Below, piece by piece: positions 12,301-27,300 of a stretch of 64,000 nt of DNA. Numbering within the stretch: the first letter of the stretch is position 1; every line of letters begins with the position of its first letter. Below the pieces are notes generated by a model that was given only the letters and a program-made list of their open reading frames with translations, had not been told where the DNA came from and did no database searches. The position numbers were made by a program, and so were the translations under genes. The stretch covers positions 1,674,001 through 1,738,000 of the forward strand of contig OZ059899.1 of NCBI GenBank assembly GCA_964057225.1, written 5' to 3'. The stretch is from Auanema rhodensis (taxonomy: Eukaryota; Animalia; Nematoda).

Positions 12301-15300
12301 AAAAAGTAGATGTTTTTAGATTCTATTTTACAAGGCAAAGACGATGGACAATGTTATTCAACGAAAAAAATAATTCTTCAGGGTGAAAATCGAGGATATA
12401 AGTGTGAACTTATATCAATTGATATCTCGGTGCATTTTTAAGCTAGCGCAAATCTGATAACACAGATCGACGCAGCTTAAAAATCCGCATCGAATGCACT
12501 ATACTACATTGAGAAACGCTTAATACAAAAATTAGTTATGATCGTTTGAAAAATGATGCATTAGTGTATGTTGAGTTTCCATGTACACTCAACATTGCTT
12601 CCAAAAACATTTTGACAAAACTTTTTTTGAAAAATTTCAAAATAATTTAGCAAAAAGTAGATGTTTTTAGATTCCGTTTTTCAAGGCAAAGACGATGGAC
12701 AATGTTATTCAACGAAAAAAATAATTCTTCAGGGTTAAAATCGAGGATATAAGTGTGAACTTATATCAGTTGATATCTCGGTGCATTTTTAAGCTAGCGC
12801 AAATCTGATAACACAGATCGACGCAGCTTAAAAATCCGCATCAAATGCACTATACTACATTGAGAAACGCTTGATACAAAAATTAGTTATGATCGTTTGA
12901 AAAATGATGCATTAGTGTATGTTGAGTTTCCATGTACACTCAACATTGCTTCCAAAAACATTTTGACAAAAATTTTTTCGAAAAATTTCAAATAAATTTA
13001 GCAAAAAGTAGATGTTTTTAGATTCCATTTCTCAAGGCAAAGACGATGGACAATGTTATTCAACGAAAAAATTAATTCTTCAGGGTGAAAATTGAGGATA
13101 TAAGTGTGAACTTATATCAGTTGATATCTCGGTGCATTTTTCAGCTAGCGCAAATCTGATAACACAGATCGACGCAGCTTAAAAATCCGCATCGAATGCA
13201 CTATACTACATTGAGAAACGCTTAATACAAAAATTAGTTATGATCGTTTGAAAAATGATGCATTAGTGTATGTTGAGTTTCCATGTACACTCAACATTGC
13301 TTCCAAAAACATTTTGACAAAACTTTTTTTGAAAAATTTCAAAATAATTTAGCAAAAAGTAGATGTTTTTAGATTCCGTTTTTCAAGGCAAAGACGATGG
13401 ACAATGTTATTCAACGAAAAAATTAATTCTTCAGGGTGAAAATCGAGGATATAAGTGTGAACTTAAATCAGTTGATATCTCGGTGCATTTTTAAGCTACC
13501 GCAAATCTGATAACACAGATCGACGCAGCTTAAAAATCCGCATCAAATGCACTATACTACATTGAGAAACGCTTGATACAAAAATTAGTTATGATCGTTT
13601 GAAAAATGATGCATTAGTGTATGTTGAGTTTCCATGTACACTCAACATTGCTTCCAAAAACATTTTGACAAAAATTTTTTCCAAAAATTTCAAAATAATT
13701 TAGCAAAAAGTAGATGTTTTTAGATTCCATTTTACAAGGCAAAGACGATGGACAATGTTATTCAACGAAAAAAATAATTCTTCAGGGTGAAAATCGAGGA
13801 TATAAGTGTGAACTTATATCAATTGATATCTCGGTGCATTTTTAAGCTAGCGCAAATCTGATAACACAGATCGACGCAGCTTAAAAATCCGCATCGAATG
13901 CACTATACTACATTGAGAAACGCTTAATACAAAAATTAGTTATGATCGTTTGAAAAATGATGCATTAGTGTATGTTGAGTTTCCATGTACACTCAACATT
14001 GCTACCAAAAACATTTTGACAAAAATTTTTTTGAAAAATTTCAGAATAATTTAGCAAAAAGTAGATGTTTTTAGATTCCATTTTTCAAGGCAAAGACGAT
14101 GGACAATGTTATTCAACGAAAAAAATAATTCTTCAGGGTGAAAATCGAGGATATAAGTGTGAACTTATATCAGTTGATATCTCGGTGCATTTTTAAGCTA
14201 GCGCAAATCTGATAACACAGATCGACGCAGCTTAAAAATCCGCATCGAATGCACTATACTACATTGAGAAAAACTTAATACAAAAATTAGTTATGATCGT
14301 TTGAAAAATGATGCATTAGTGTATGTTGAGTTTCCATGTACACTCAACATTGCTTCCAAAAACATTTTGACAAAAATTTTTTCGAAAAATTTCGAAATAA
14401 TTTAGCAAAAAGTAGATGTTTTTAGATTCCATTTTTCAAGGCAAAGACGATGGACAATGTTATTCAACGAAAAAAATAATTCTTCAGGGTGAAAATCGAG
14501 GATATAAGTGTGAACTTATATCAGTTGATATCTCGGTGCATTTTTAAGCTAGCGCAAATCTGATAACACAGATCGACGCAACTTAAAAATCCGCATCGAA
14601 TGCACTATACTACATTGAGAAACGCTTGATACAAAAATTAGTTATGATCGTTTGAAAAATGATGCATTAGTGTATGTTGAGTTTCCATGTACACTCAACA
14701 TTGCTTCCAAAAACATTTTGACAAAAATTTTTTCGAAAAATTTCAAAATAATTTAGCAAAAAGTAGATGTTTTTAAATTCTTTTTTTCAAGGCAAAGACG
14801 ATGAACAATGTTATTCAACGAAAAAATCAATTCTTCAGGGTGAAAATCGAGGATATAAGTGTGAACTTATATCAGTTGATATCTCGGTGCATTTTTAAGC
14901 TAGCGCAAATCTGATAACACAGATCGACGCAGCTTAAAAATCCGCATCAAATGCACTATACTACATTGAGAAACGCTTGATACAAAAATTAGTTATGATC
15001 GTTTGAAAAATGATGCATTAGTGTATGTTGAGTTTCCATGTACACTCAACATTGCTTCCAAAAACATTTTGACAAAAATTTTTTCGAAAAATTTCAAATA
15101 AATTTAGCAAAAAGTAGATGTTTTTAGATTCCATTTCTCAAGGAAAAGACGATGGACAATGTTATTCAACGAAAAAATTAATTCTTCAGGGTGAAAATTG
15201 AGGATATAAGTGTGAACTTATATCAGTTGATATCTCGGTGCATTTTTAAGCTAGCGCAAATCTGATAACACAGATCGACGCAGCTTGAAAATCCGCATCG

Positions 15301-18300
15301 AATGCACTATACTACATTGAGAAAGGCTTAATACAAAAATTAGTTATGATCGTTTGAAAAATGATGCATTAGTGTATGTTGAGTTTCCATGTACACTCAA
15401 CATTGCTTCCAAAAACATTTTGACAAAAATTTTTTCCAAAAATTTCAAAATAATTTAGCAAAAAGTAGATGTTTTTAGATTCCATTTTACAAGGCAAAGA
15501 CGATGGACAATGTTATTCAACGAAAAAAATAATTCTTCAGGGTGAAAATCGAGGATATAAGTGTGAACTTATATCAATTGATATCTCGGTGCATTTTTAA
15601 GCTAGCGCAAATCTGATAACACAGATCGACGCAGCTTAAAAATCCGCATCGAATGCACTATACTACATTGAGAAACGCTTAATACAAAAATTAGTTATGA
15701 TCGTTTGAAAAATGATGCATTAGTGTATGTTGAGTTTCCATGTACACTCAACATTGCTTCCAAAAACATTTTGACAAAACTTTTTTTGAAAAATTTCAAA
15801 ATAATTTAGCAAAAAGTAGATGTTTTTAGATTCCATTTTACAAGGCAAAGACGATGGACAATGTTATTCAACGAAAAAAATAATTCTTCAGGGTGAAAAT
15901 CGAGGATATAAGTGTGAACTTATATCAATTGATATCTCGGTGCATTTTTAAGCTAGCGCAAATCTGATAACACAGATCGACGCAGCTTAAAAATCCGCAT
16001 TGAATGCACTATACTACATTGAGAAACGCTTAATACAAAAATTAGTTATGATCGTTTGAAAAATGATGCATTAGTGTATGTTGAGTTTCCATGTACACTC
16101 AACATTGCTTCCAAAAACATTTTGACAAAAATTTTTTCGAAAAATTTCAAAATAATTTAGCAAAAAGTAGATGTTTTTAGATTCCATTTTTCAAGGCAAA
16201 GACGATGGACAATGTTATTCAACGAAAAAAATAATTCTTCAGAGTGAAAATCGAGGATATAAGTGTGAACTTATATCAGTTGATATCTCGGTGCATTTTT
16301 AAGTTAGCGCAAATCTGATAACACAGATCGACGCAGCTTAAAAATCCGCATCGAATGCACTATACTACATTGAGAAACGCTTAATACAAAAATTAGTTAT
16401 GATCGTTTGAAAAATGATGCATTAGTGTATGTTGAGTTTCCATGTACACTCAACATTGCTTCCAAAAACATTTTGACAAAAATTTTTTTGAAAAATTTCA
16501 GAATAATTTAGCAAAAAGTAGATGTTTTTAGATTCCATTTTTCAAGGCAAAGACGATAGACAATGTTATTCAACAAGAAAATTAATTCTTCAGGGTGAAA
16601 ATCGAGGATATAAGTGTGAACTTATATCAGTTGATATCTCGGTGCATTTTTAAGCTAGCGCAAATCTGATAACACAGATCGACGCAGCTTGAAAATCCGC
16701 ATCGAATGCACTATACTACATTGAGAAAGGCTTAATACAAAAATTAGTTATGATCGTTTGAAAAATGATGCATTAGTGTATGTTGAGTTTCCATGTACAC
16801 TCAACATTGCTTCCAAAAACATTTTGACAAAAATTTTTTCCAAAAATTTCAAAATAATTTAGCAAAAAGTAGATGTTTTTAGATTCCATTTTACAAGGCA
16901 AAGACGATGGACAATGTTATTCAACGAAAAAAATAATTCTTCAGGGTGAAAATCGAGGATATAAGTGTGAACTTATATCAATTGATATCTCGGTGCATTT
17001 TTAAGCTAGCGCAAATCTGATAACACAGATCGACGCAGCTTAAAAATCCGCATCGAATGCACTATACTACATTGAGAAACGCTTAATACAAAAATTAGTT
17101 ATGATCGTTTGAAAAATGATGCATTAGTGTATGTTGAGTTTCCATGTACACTCAACATTGCTTCCAAAAACATTTTGACAAAAATTTTTTTGAAAAATTT
17201 CAGAATAATTTAGCAAAAAGTAGATGTTTTTAGATTCCATTTTTCAAGGCAAAGACGATAGACAATGTTATTCAACAAGAAAATTAATTCTTCAGGGTGA
17301 AAATCGAGGATATAAGTGTGAACTTATATCAGTTGATATCTCGGTGCATTTTTAAGCTAGCGCAAATCTGATAACACAGATCGACGCAGCTTGAAAATCC
17401 GCATCGAATGCACTATACTACATTGAGAAAGGCTTAATACAAAAATTAGTTATGATCGTTTGAAAAATGATGCATTAGTGTATGTTGAGTTTCCATGTAC
17501 ACTCAACATTGCTTCCAAAAACATTTTGACAAAAATTTTTTCCAAAAATTTCAAAATAATTTAGCAAAAAGTAGATGTTTTTAGATTCCATTTTACAAGG
17601 CAAAGACGATGGACAATGTTATTCAACGAAAAAAATAATTCTTCAGGGTGAAAATCGAGGATATAAGTGTGAACTTATATCAATTGATATCTCGGTGCAT
17701 TTTTAAGCTAGCGCAAATCTGATAACACAGATCGACGCAGCTTAAAAATCCGCATCGAATGCACTATACTACATTGAGAAACGCTTAATACAAAAATTAG
17801 TTATGATCGTTTGAAAAATGATGCATTAGTGTATGTTGAGTTTCCATGTACACTCAACATTGCTACCAAAAACATTTTGACAAAAATTTTTTTGAAAAAT
17901 TTCAGAATAATTTAGCAAAAAGTAGATGTTTTTAGATTCCATTTTTCAAGGCAAAGACGATGGACAATGTTATTCAACGAAAAAAATAATTCTTCAGGGT
18001 GAAAATCGAGGATATAAGTGTGAACTTATATCAGTTGATATCTCGGTGCATTTTTAAGCTAGCGCAAATCTGATAACACAGATCGACGCAGCTTAAAAAT
18101 CCGCATCGAATGCACTATACTACATTGAGAAAAACTTAATACAAAAATTAGTTATGATCGTTTGAAAAATGATGCATTAGTGTATGTTGAGTTTCCATGT
18201 ACACTCAACATTGCTTCCAAAAACATTTTGACAAAAATTTTTTCGAAAAATTTCGAAATAATTTAGCAAAAAGTAGATGTTTTTAGATTCCATTTTTCAA

Positions 18301-21300
18301 GGCAAAGACGATGGACAATGTTATTCAACGAAAAAAATAATTCTTCAGGGTGAAAATCGAGGATATAAGTGTGAACTTATATCAGTTGATATCTCGGTGC
18401 ATTTTTAAGCTAGCGCAAATCTGATAACACAGATCGACGAAACTTAAAAATCCGCATCGAATGCACTATACTACATTGAGAAACGCTTAATACAAAAATT
18501 AGTTATGATCGTTTGAAAAATGATGCATTAGTGTATGTTGAGTTTCCATGTACACTCAACATTGCTTCCAAAAACATTTTGACAAAAATTTTTTCGAAAA
18601 ATTTCAAAATAATTTAGCAAAAAGTAGATGTTTTTAGATTCCATTTTTCAAGGCAAAGACGATGGACAATGTTATTCAACGAAAAAAATAATTCTTCAGA
18701 GTGAAAATCGAGGATATAAGTGTGAACTTATATCAGTTGATATCTCGGTGCATTTTTAAGCTAGCGCAAATCTGATAACACAGATCGACGCAGCTTGAAA
18801 ATCCGCATCGAATGCACTATACTACATTGAGAAAGGCTTAATACAAAAATTAGTTATGATCGTTTGAAAAATGATGCATTAGTGTATGTTGAGTTTCCAT
18901 GTACACTCAACATTGCTTCCAAAAACATTTTGACAAAAATTTTTTCCAAAAATTTCAAAATAATTTAGCAAAAAGTAGATGTTTTTAGATTCCATTTTAC
19001 AAGGCAAAGACGATGGACAATGTTATTCAACGAAAAAAATAATTCTTCAGGGTGAAAATCGAGGATATAAGTGTGAACTTATATCAATTGATATCTCGGT
19101 GCATTTTTAAGCTAGCGCAAATCTGATAACACAGATCGACGCAGCTTAAAAATCCGCATCGAATGCACTATACTACATTGAGAAAGGCTTAATACAAAAA
19201 TTAGTTATGATCGTTTGAAAAATGATGCATTAGTGTATGTTGAGTTTCCATGTACACTCAACATTGCTTCCAAAAACATTTTGACAAAAATTTTTTCCAA
19301 AAATTTCAAAATAATTTAGCAAAAAGTAGATGTTTTTAGATTCCATTTTACAAGGCAAAGACGATGGACAATGTTATTCAACGAAAAAAATAATTCTTCA
19401 GGGTGAAAATCGAGGATATAAGTGTGAACTTATATCAATTGATATCTCGGTGCATTTTTAAGCTAGCGCAAATCTGATAACACAGATCGACGCAGCTTAA
19501 AAATCCGCATCGAATGCACTATACTACATTGAGAAAGGCTTAATACAAAAATTAGTTATGATCGTTTGAAAAATGATGCATTAGTGTATGTTGAGTTTCC
19601 ATGTACACTCAACATTGCTTCCAAAAACATTTTGACAAAAATTTTTTCGAAAAATTTCAAATAAATTTAGCAAAAAGTAGATGTTTTTAGATTCCATTTT
19701 TCAAGGCAAAGACGATGGACAATGTTATTCAACGAAAAAATTAATTCTTCAGGGTGAAAATTGAGGATATAAGTGTGAACTTATATCAGTTGATATCTCG
19801 GTGCATTTTTAAGCTAGCGCAAATCTGATAACACAGATCGACGCAGCTTAAAAATCCGCATCGAATGCACTATACTACATTGAGAAACGCTTAATACAAA
19901 AATTAGTTATGATCGTTTGAAAAATGATGCATTAGTGTATGTTGAGTTTCCATGTACACTCAACATTGCTTCCAAAAACATTTTGACAAAACTTTTTTTG
20001 AAAAATTTCAAAATAATTTAGCAAAAAGTAGATGTTTTTAGATTCCGTTTTTCAAGGCAAATACGATGGACAATGTTATTCAACGAAAAAAATAATTCTT
20101 CAGGGTGAAAATCGAGGATATAAGTGTGAACTTATATCAGTTGATATCTCGGTGCATTTTTAAGCTAACGCAAATCTGATAACACAGATCGACGCAGCTT
20201 AAAAATCCGCATCAAATGCACTATACTACATTGAGAAACGCTTGATACAAAAATTAGTTATGATCGTTTGAAAAATGATGCATTAGTGTATGTTGAGTTT
20301 CCATGTACACTCAACATTGCTTCCAAAAACATTTTGACAAAAATTTTTTCGAAAAATTTCAAATAAATTTAGCAAAAAGTAGATGTTTTTAGATTCCATT
20401 TCTCAAGGCAAAGACGATGGACAATGTTATTCAACGAAAAAATTAATTCTTCAGGGTGAAAATTGAGGATATAAGTGTGAACTTATATCAGTTGATATCT
20501 CGGTGCATTTTTAAGCTAGCGCAAATCTGATAACACAGATCGACGCAGCTTAAAAATCCGCATCGAATGCACTATACTACATTGAGAAACGCTTAATACA
20601 AAAATTAGTTATGATCGTTTGAAAAATGATGCATTAGTGTATGTTGAGTTTCCATGTACACTCAACATTGCTTCCAAAAACATTTTGACAAAACTTTTTT
20701 TGAAAAATTTCAAAATAATTTAGCAAAAAGTAGATGTTTTTAGATTCCGTTTTTCAAGGCAAATACGATGGACAATGTTATTCAACGAAAAAAATAATTC
20801 TTCAGGGTGAAAATCGAGGATATAAGTGTGAACTTATATCAGTTGATATCTCGGTGCATTTTTAAGCTAACGCAAATCTGATAACACAGATCGACGCAGC
20901 TTAAAAATCCGCATCAAATGCACTATACTACATTGAGAAACGCTTGATACAAAAATTAGTTATGATCGTTTGAAAAATGATGCATTAGTGTATGTTGAGT
21001 TTCCATGTACACTCAACATTGCTTCCAAAAACATTTTGACAAAAATTTTTTCGAAAAATTTCAAATAAATTTAGCAAAAAGTAGATGTTTTTAGATTCCA
21101 TTTCTCAAGGCAAAGACGATGGACAATGTTATTCAACGAAAAAATTAATTCTTCAGGGTGAAAATTGAGGATATAAGTGTGAACTTATATCAGTTGATAT
21201 CTCGGTGCATTTTTAAGCTAGCGCAAATCTGATAACACAGATCGACGCAGCTTAAAAATCCGCATCGAATGCACTATACTACATTGAGAAACGCTTAATA

Positions 21301-24300
21301 CAAAAATTAGTTATGATCGTTTGAAAAATGATGCATTAGTGTATGTTGAGTTTCCATGTACACTCAACATTGCTTCCAAAAACATTTTGACAAAACTTTT
21401 TTTGAAAAATTTCAAAATAATTTAGCAAAAAGTAGATGTTTTTAGATTCCGTTTTTCAAGGCAAAGACGATGGACAATGTTATTCAACGAAAAAATTAAT
21501 TCTTCAGGGTGAAAATCGAGGATATAAGTGTGAACTTATATCAGTTGATATCTCGGTGCATTTTTAAGCTACCGCAAATCTGATAACACAGATCGACGCA
21601 GCTTAAAAATCCGCATCAAATGCACTATACTACATTGAGAAACGCTTAATACAAAAATTAGTTATGATCGTTTGAAAAATGATGCATTAGTGTATGTTGA
21701 GTTTCCATGTACACTCAACATTGCTTCCAAAAACATTTTGACAAAACTTTTTTTGAAAAATTTCAAAATAATTTAGCAAAAAGTAGATGTTTTTAGATTC
21801 CGTTTTTCAAGGCAAAGACGATGGACAATGTTATTCAACGAAAAAATTAATTCTTCAGGGTGAAAATCGAGGATATAAGTGTGAACTTATATCAGTTGAT
21901 ATCTCGGTGCATTTTTAAGCTAGCGCAAATCTGATAACACAGATCGACGCAGCTTAAAAATCCGCATCAAATGCACTATACTACATTGAGAAACGCTTGA
22001 TACAAAAATTAGTTATGATCGTTTGAAAAATGATGCATTAGTGTATGTTGAGTTTCCATGTACACTCAACATTGCTTCCAAAAACATTTTGACAAAAATT
22101 TTTTCCAAAAATTTCAAAATAATTTAGCAAAAAGTAGATGTTTTTAGATTCCATTTTACAAGGCAAAGACGATGGACAATGTTATTCAACGAAAAAAATA
22201 ATTCTTCAGGGTGAAAATCGAGGATATAAGTGTGAACTTATATCAATTGATATCTCGGTGCATTTTTAAGCTAGCGCAAATCTGATAACACAGATCGACG
22301 CAGCTTAAAAATCCGCATCGAATGCACTATACTACATTGAGAAACGCTTAATACAAAAATTAGTTATGATCGTTTGAAAAATGATGCATTAGTGTATGTT
22401 GAGTTTCCATGTACACTCAACATTGCTTCCAAAAACATTTTGACAAAACTTTTTTTGAAAAATTTCAAAATAATTTAGCAAAAAGTAGATGTTTTTAGAT
22501 TCCGTTTTTCAAGGCAAAGACGATGGACAATGTTATTCAACGAAAAAAATAATTCTTCAGGGTGAAAATCGAGGATATAAGTGTGAACTTATATCAGTTG
22601 ATATCTCGGTGCATTTTTAAGCTAGCGCAAATCTGATAACACAGATCGACGCAGCTTAAAAATCCGCATCAAATGCACTATACTACATTGAGAAACGCTT
22701 GATACAAAAATTAGTTATGATCGTTTGAAAAATGATGCATTAGTGTATGTTGAGTTTCCATGTACACTCAACATTGCTTCCAAAAACATTTTGACAAAAA
22801 TTTTTTCGAAAAATTTCAAATAAATTTAGCAAAAAGTAGATGTTTTTAGATTCCATTTCTCAAGGCAAAGACGATGGACAATGTTATTCAACGAAAAAAT
22901 TAATTCTTCAGGGTGAAAATTGAGGATATAAGTGTGAACTTATATCAGTTGATATCTCGGTGCATTTTTAAGCTAGCGCAAATCTGATAACACAGATCGA
23001 CGCAGCTTAAAAATCCGCATCGAATGCACTATACTACATTGAGAAACGCTTAATACAAAAATTAGTTATGATCGTTTGAAAAATGATGCATTAGTGTATG
23101 TTGAGTTTCCATGTACACTCAACATTGCTTCCAAAAACATTTTGACAAAACTTTTTTTGAAAAATTTCAAAATAATTTAGCAAAAAGTAGATGTTTTTAG
23201 ATTCCGTTTTTCAAGGCAAAGACGATGGACAATGTTATTCAACGAAAAAATTAATTCTTCAGGGTGAAAATCGAGGATATAAGTGTGAACTTATATCAGT
23301 TGATATCTCGGTGCATTTTTAAGCTACCGCAAATCTGATAACACAGATCGACGCAGCTTAAAAATCCGCATCAAATGCACTATACTACATTGAGAAACGC
23401 TTGATACAAAAATTAGTTATGATCGTTTGAAAAATGATGCATTAGTGTATGTTGAGTTTCCATGTACACTCAACATTGCTTCCAAAAACATTTTGACAAA
23501 AATTTTTTCCAAAAATTTCAAAATAATTTAGCAAAAAGTAGATGTTTTTAGATTCCATTTTACAAGGCAAAGACGATGGACAATGTTATTCAACGAAAAA
23601 AATAATTCTTCAGGGTGAAAATCGAGGATATAAGTGTGAACTTATATCAGTTGATATCTCGGTGCATTTTTAAGCTAGCGCAAATCTGATAACACAGATC
23701 GACGCAGCTTAAAAATCCGCATCAAATGCACTATACTACATTGAGAAACGCTTGATACAAAAATTAGTTATGATCGTTTGAAAAATGATGCATTAGTGTA
23801 TGTTGAGTTTCCATGTACACTCAACATTGCTTCCAAAAACATTTTGACAAAAATTTTTTCGAAAAATTTCAAATAAATTTAGCAAAAAGTAGATGTTTTT
23901 AGATTCCATTTCTCAAGGCAAAGACGATGGACAATGTTATTCAACGAAAAAATTAATTCTTCAGGGTGAAAATTGAGGATATAAGTGTGAACTTATATCA
24001 GTTGATATCTCGGTGCATTTTTAAGCTAGCGCAAATCTGATAACACAGATCGACGCAGCTTAAAAATCCGCATCGAATGCACTATACTACATTGAAAAAC
24101 GCTTAATACAAAAATTAGTTATGATCGTTTGAAAAATGATGCATTAGTGTATGTTGAGTTTCCATGTACACTCAACATTGCTTCCAAAAACATTTTGACA
24201 AAACTTTTTTTGAAAAATTTCAAAATAATTTAGCAAAAAGTAGATGTTTTTAGATTCCGTTTTTCAAGGCAAAGACGATGGACAATGTTATTCAACGAAA

Positions 24301-27300
24301 AAATTAATTCTTCAGGGTGAAAATCGAGGATATAAGTGTGAACTTATATCAGTTGATATCTCGGTGCATTTTTAAGCTACCGCAAATCTGATAACACAGA
24401 TCGACGCAGCTTAAAAATCCGCATCAAATGCACTATACTACATTGAGAAACGCTTGATACAAAAATTAGTTATGATCGTTTGAAAAATGATGCATTAGTG
24501 TATGTTGAGTTTCCATGTACACTCAACATTGCTTCCAAAAACATTTTGACAAAAATTTTTTCCAAAAATTTCAAAATAATTTAGCAAAAAGTAGATGTTT
24601 TTAGATTCCATTTTACAAGGCAAAGACGATGGACAATGTTATTCAACGAAAAAAATAATTCTTCAGGGTGAAAATCGAGGATATAAGTGTGAACTTATAT
24701 CAATTGATATCTCGGTGCATTTTTAAGCTAGCGCAAATCTGATAACACAGATCGACGCAGCTTAAAAATCCGCATCGAATGCACTATACTACATTGAGAA
24801 ACGCTTAATACAAAAATTAGTTATGATCGTTTGAAAAATGATGCATTAGTGTATGTTGAGTTTCCATGTACACTCAACATTGCTACCAAAAACATTTTGA
24901 CAAAAATTTTTTTGAAAAATTTCAGAATAATTTAGCAAAAAGTAGATGTTTTTAGATTCCATTTTTCAAGGCAAAGACGATGGACAATGTTATTCAACGA
25001 AAAAAATAATTCTTCAGGGTGAAAATCGAGGATATAAGTGTGAACTTATATCAGTTGATATCTCGGTGCATTTTTAAGCTAGCGCAAATCTGATAACACA
25101 GATCGACGCAGCTTAAAAATCCGCATCGAATGCACTATACTACATTGAGAAAAACTTAATACAAAAATTAGTTATGATCGTTTGAAAAATGATGCATTAG
25201 TGTATGTTGAGTTTCCATGTACACTCAACATTGCTTCCAAAAACATTTTGACAAAAATTTTTTCGAAAAATTTCGAAATAATTTAGCAAAAAGTAGATGT
25301 TTTTAGATTCCATTTTTCAAGGCAAAGACGATGGACAATGTTATTCAACGAAAAAAATAATTCTTCAGGGTGAAAATCGAGGATATAAGTGTGAACTTAT
25401 ATCAGTTGATATCTCGGTGCATTTTTAAGCTAGCGCAAATCTGATAACACAGATCGACGCAACTTAAAAATCCGCATCGAATGCACTATACTACATTGAG
25501 AAACGCTTGATACAAAAATTAGTTATGATCGTTTGAAAAATGATGCATTAGTGTATGTTGAGTTTCCATGTACACTCAACATTGCTTCCAAAAACATTTT
25601 GACAAAAATTTTTTCGAAAAATTTCAAAATAATTTAGCAAAAAGTAGATGTTTTTAAATTCTTTTTTTCAAGGCAAAGACGATGAACAATGTTATTCAAC
25701 GAAAAAATCAATTCTTCAGGGTGAAAATCGAGGATATAAGTGTGAACTTATATCAGTTGATATCTCGGTGCATTTTTAAGCTAGCGCAAATCTGATAACA
25801 CAGATCGACGCAGCTTAAAAATCCGCATCAAATGCACTACACTACATTGAGAAACGCTTGATACAAAAATTAGTTATGATCGTTTGAAAAATGATGCATT
25901 AGTGTATGTTGAGTTTCCATGTACACTCAACATTGCTTCCAAAAACATTTTGACAAAAATTTTTTCGAAAAATTTCAAATAAATTTAGCAAAAAGTAGAT
26001 GTTTTTAGATTCCATTTCTCAAGGCAAAGACGATGGACAATGTTATTCAACGAAAAAATTAATTCTTCAGGGTGAAAATTGAGGATATAAGTGTGAACTT
26101 ATATCAGTTGATATCTCGGTGCATTTTTAAGCTAGCGCAAATCTGATAACACAGATCGACGCAGCTTAAAAATCCGCATCGAATGCACTATACTACATTG
26201 AGAAACGCTTGATACAAAAATTAGTTATGATCGTTTGAAAAATGATGCATTAGTGTATGTTGAGTTTCCATGTACACTCAACATTGCTTCCAAAAACATT
26301 TTGACAAAACTTTTTTTGAAAAATTTCAAAATAATTTAGCAAAAAGTAGATGTTTTTAGATTCCATTTTACAAGGCAAAGACGATGGACAATGTTATTCA
26401 ACGAAAAAAATAATTCTTCAGGGTGAAAATCGAGGATATAAGTGTGAACTTATATCAATTGATATCTCGGTGCATTTTTAAGCTAGCGCAAATCTGATAA
26501 CACAGATCGACGCAGCTTAAAAATTCGCATTGAATGCACTATACTACATTGAGAAACGCTTAATACAAAAATTAGTTATGATCGTTTGAAAAATGATGCA
26601 TTAGTGTATGTTGAGTTTCCATGTACACTCAACATTGCTACCAAAAACATTTTGACAAAAATTTTTTTGAAAAATTTCAGAATAATTTAGCAAAAAGTAG
26701 ATGTTTTTAGATTCCATTTTTCAAGGCAAAGACGATGGACAATGTTTTTCAACGAAAAAAATAATTCTTCAGGGTGAAAATCGAGGATATAAGTGTGAAC
26801 TTATATCAGTTGATATCTCGGTGCATTTTTAAGCTAGCGCAAATCTGATAACACAGATCGACGCAGCTTAAAAATCCGCATCGAATGCACTATACTACAT
26901 TGAGAAACGCTTGATACAAAAATTAGTTATGATCGTTTGAAAAATGATGCATTAGTGTATGTTGAGTTTCCATGTACACTCAACATTGCTTCCAAAAACA
27001 TTTTGACAAAACTTTTTTTGAAAAATTTCAAAATAATTTAGCAAAAAGTAGATGTTTTTAGATTCCATTTTACAAGGCAAAGACGATGGACAATGTTATT
27101 CAACGAAAAAAATAATTCTTCAGGGTGAAAATCGAGGATATAAGTGTGAACTTATATCAATTGATATCTCGGTGCATTTTTAAGCTAGCGCAAATCTGAT
27201 AACACAGATCGACGCAGCTTAAAAATCCGCATCGAATGCACTATACTACATTGAGAAACGCTTAATACAAAAATTAGTTATGATCGTTTGAAAAATGATG

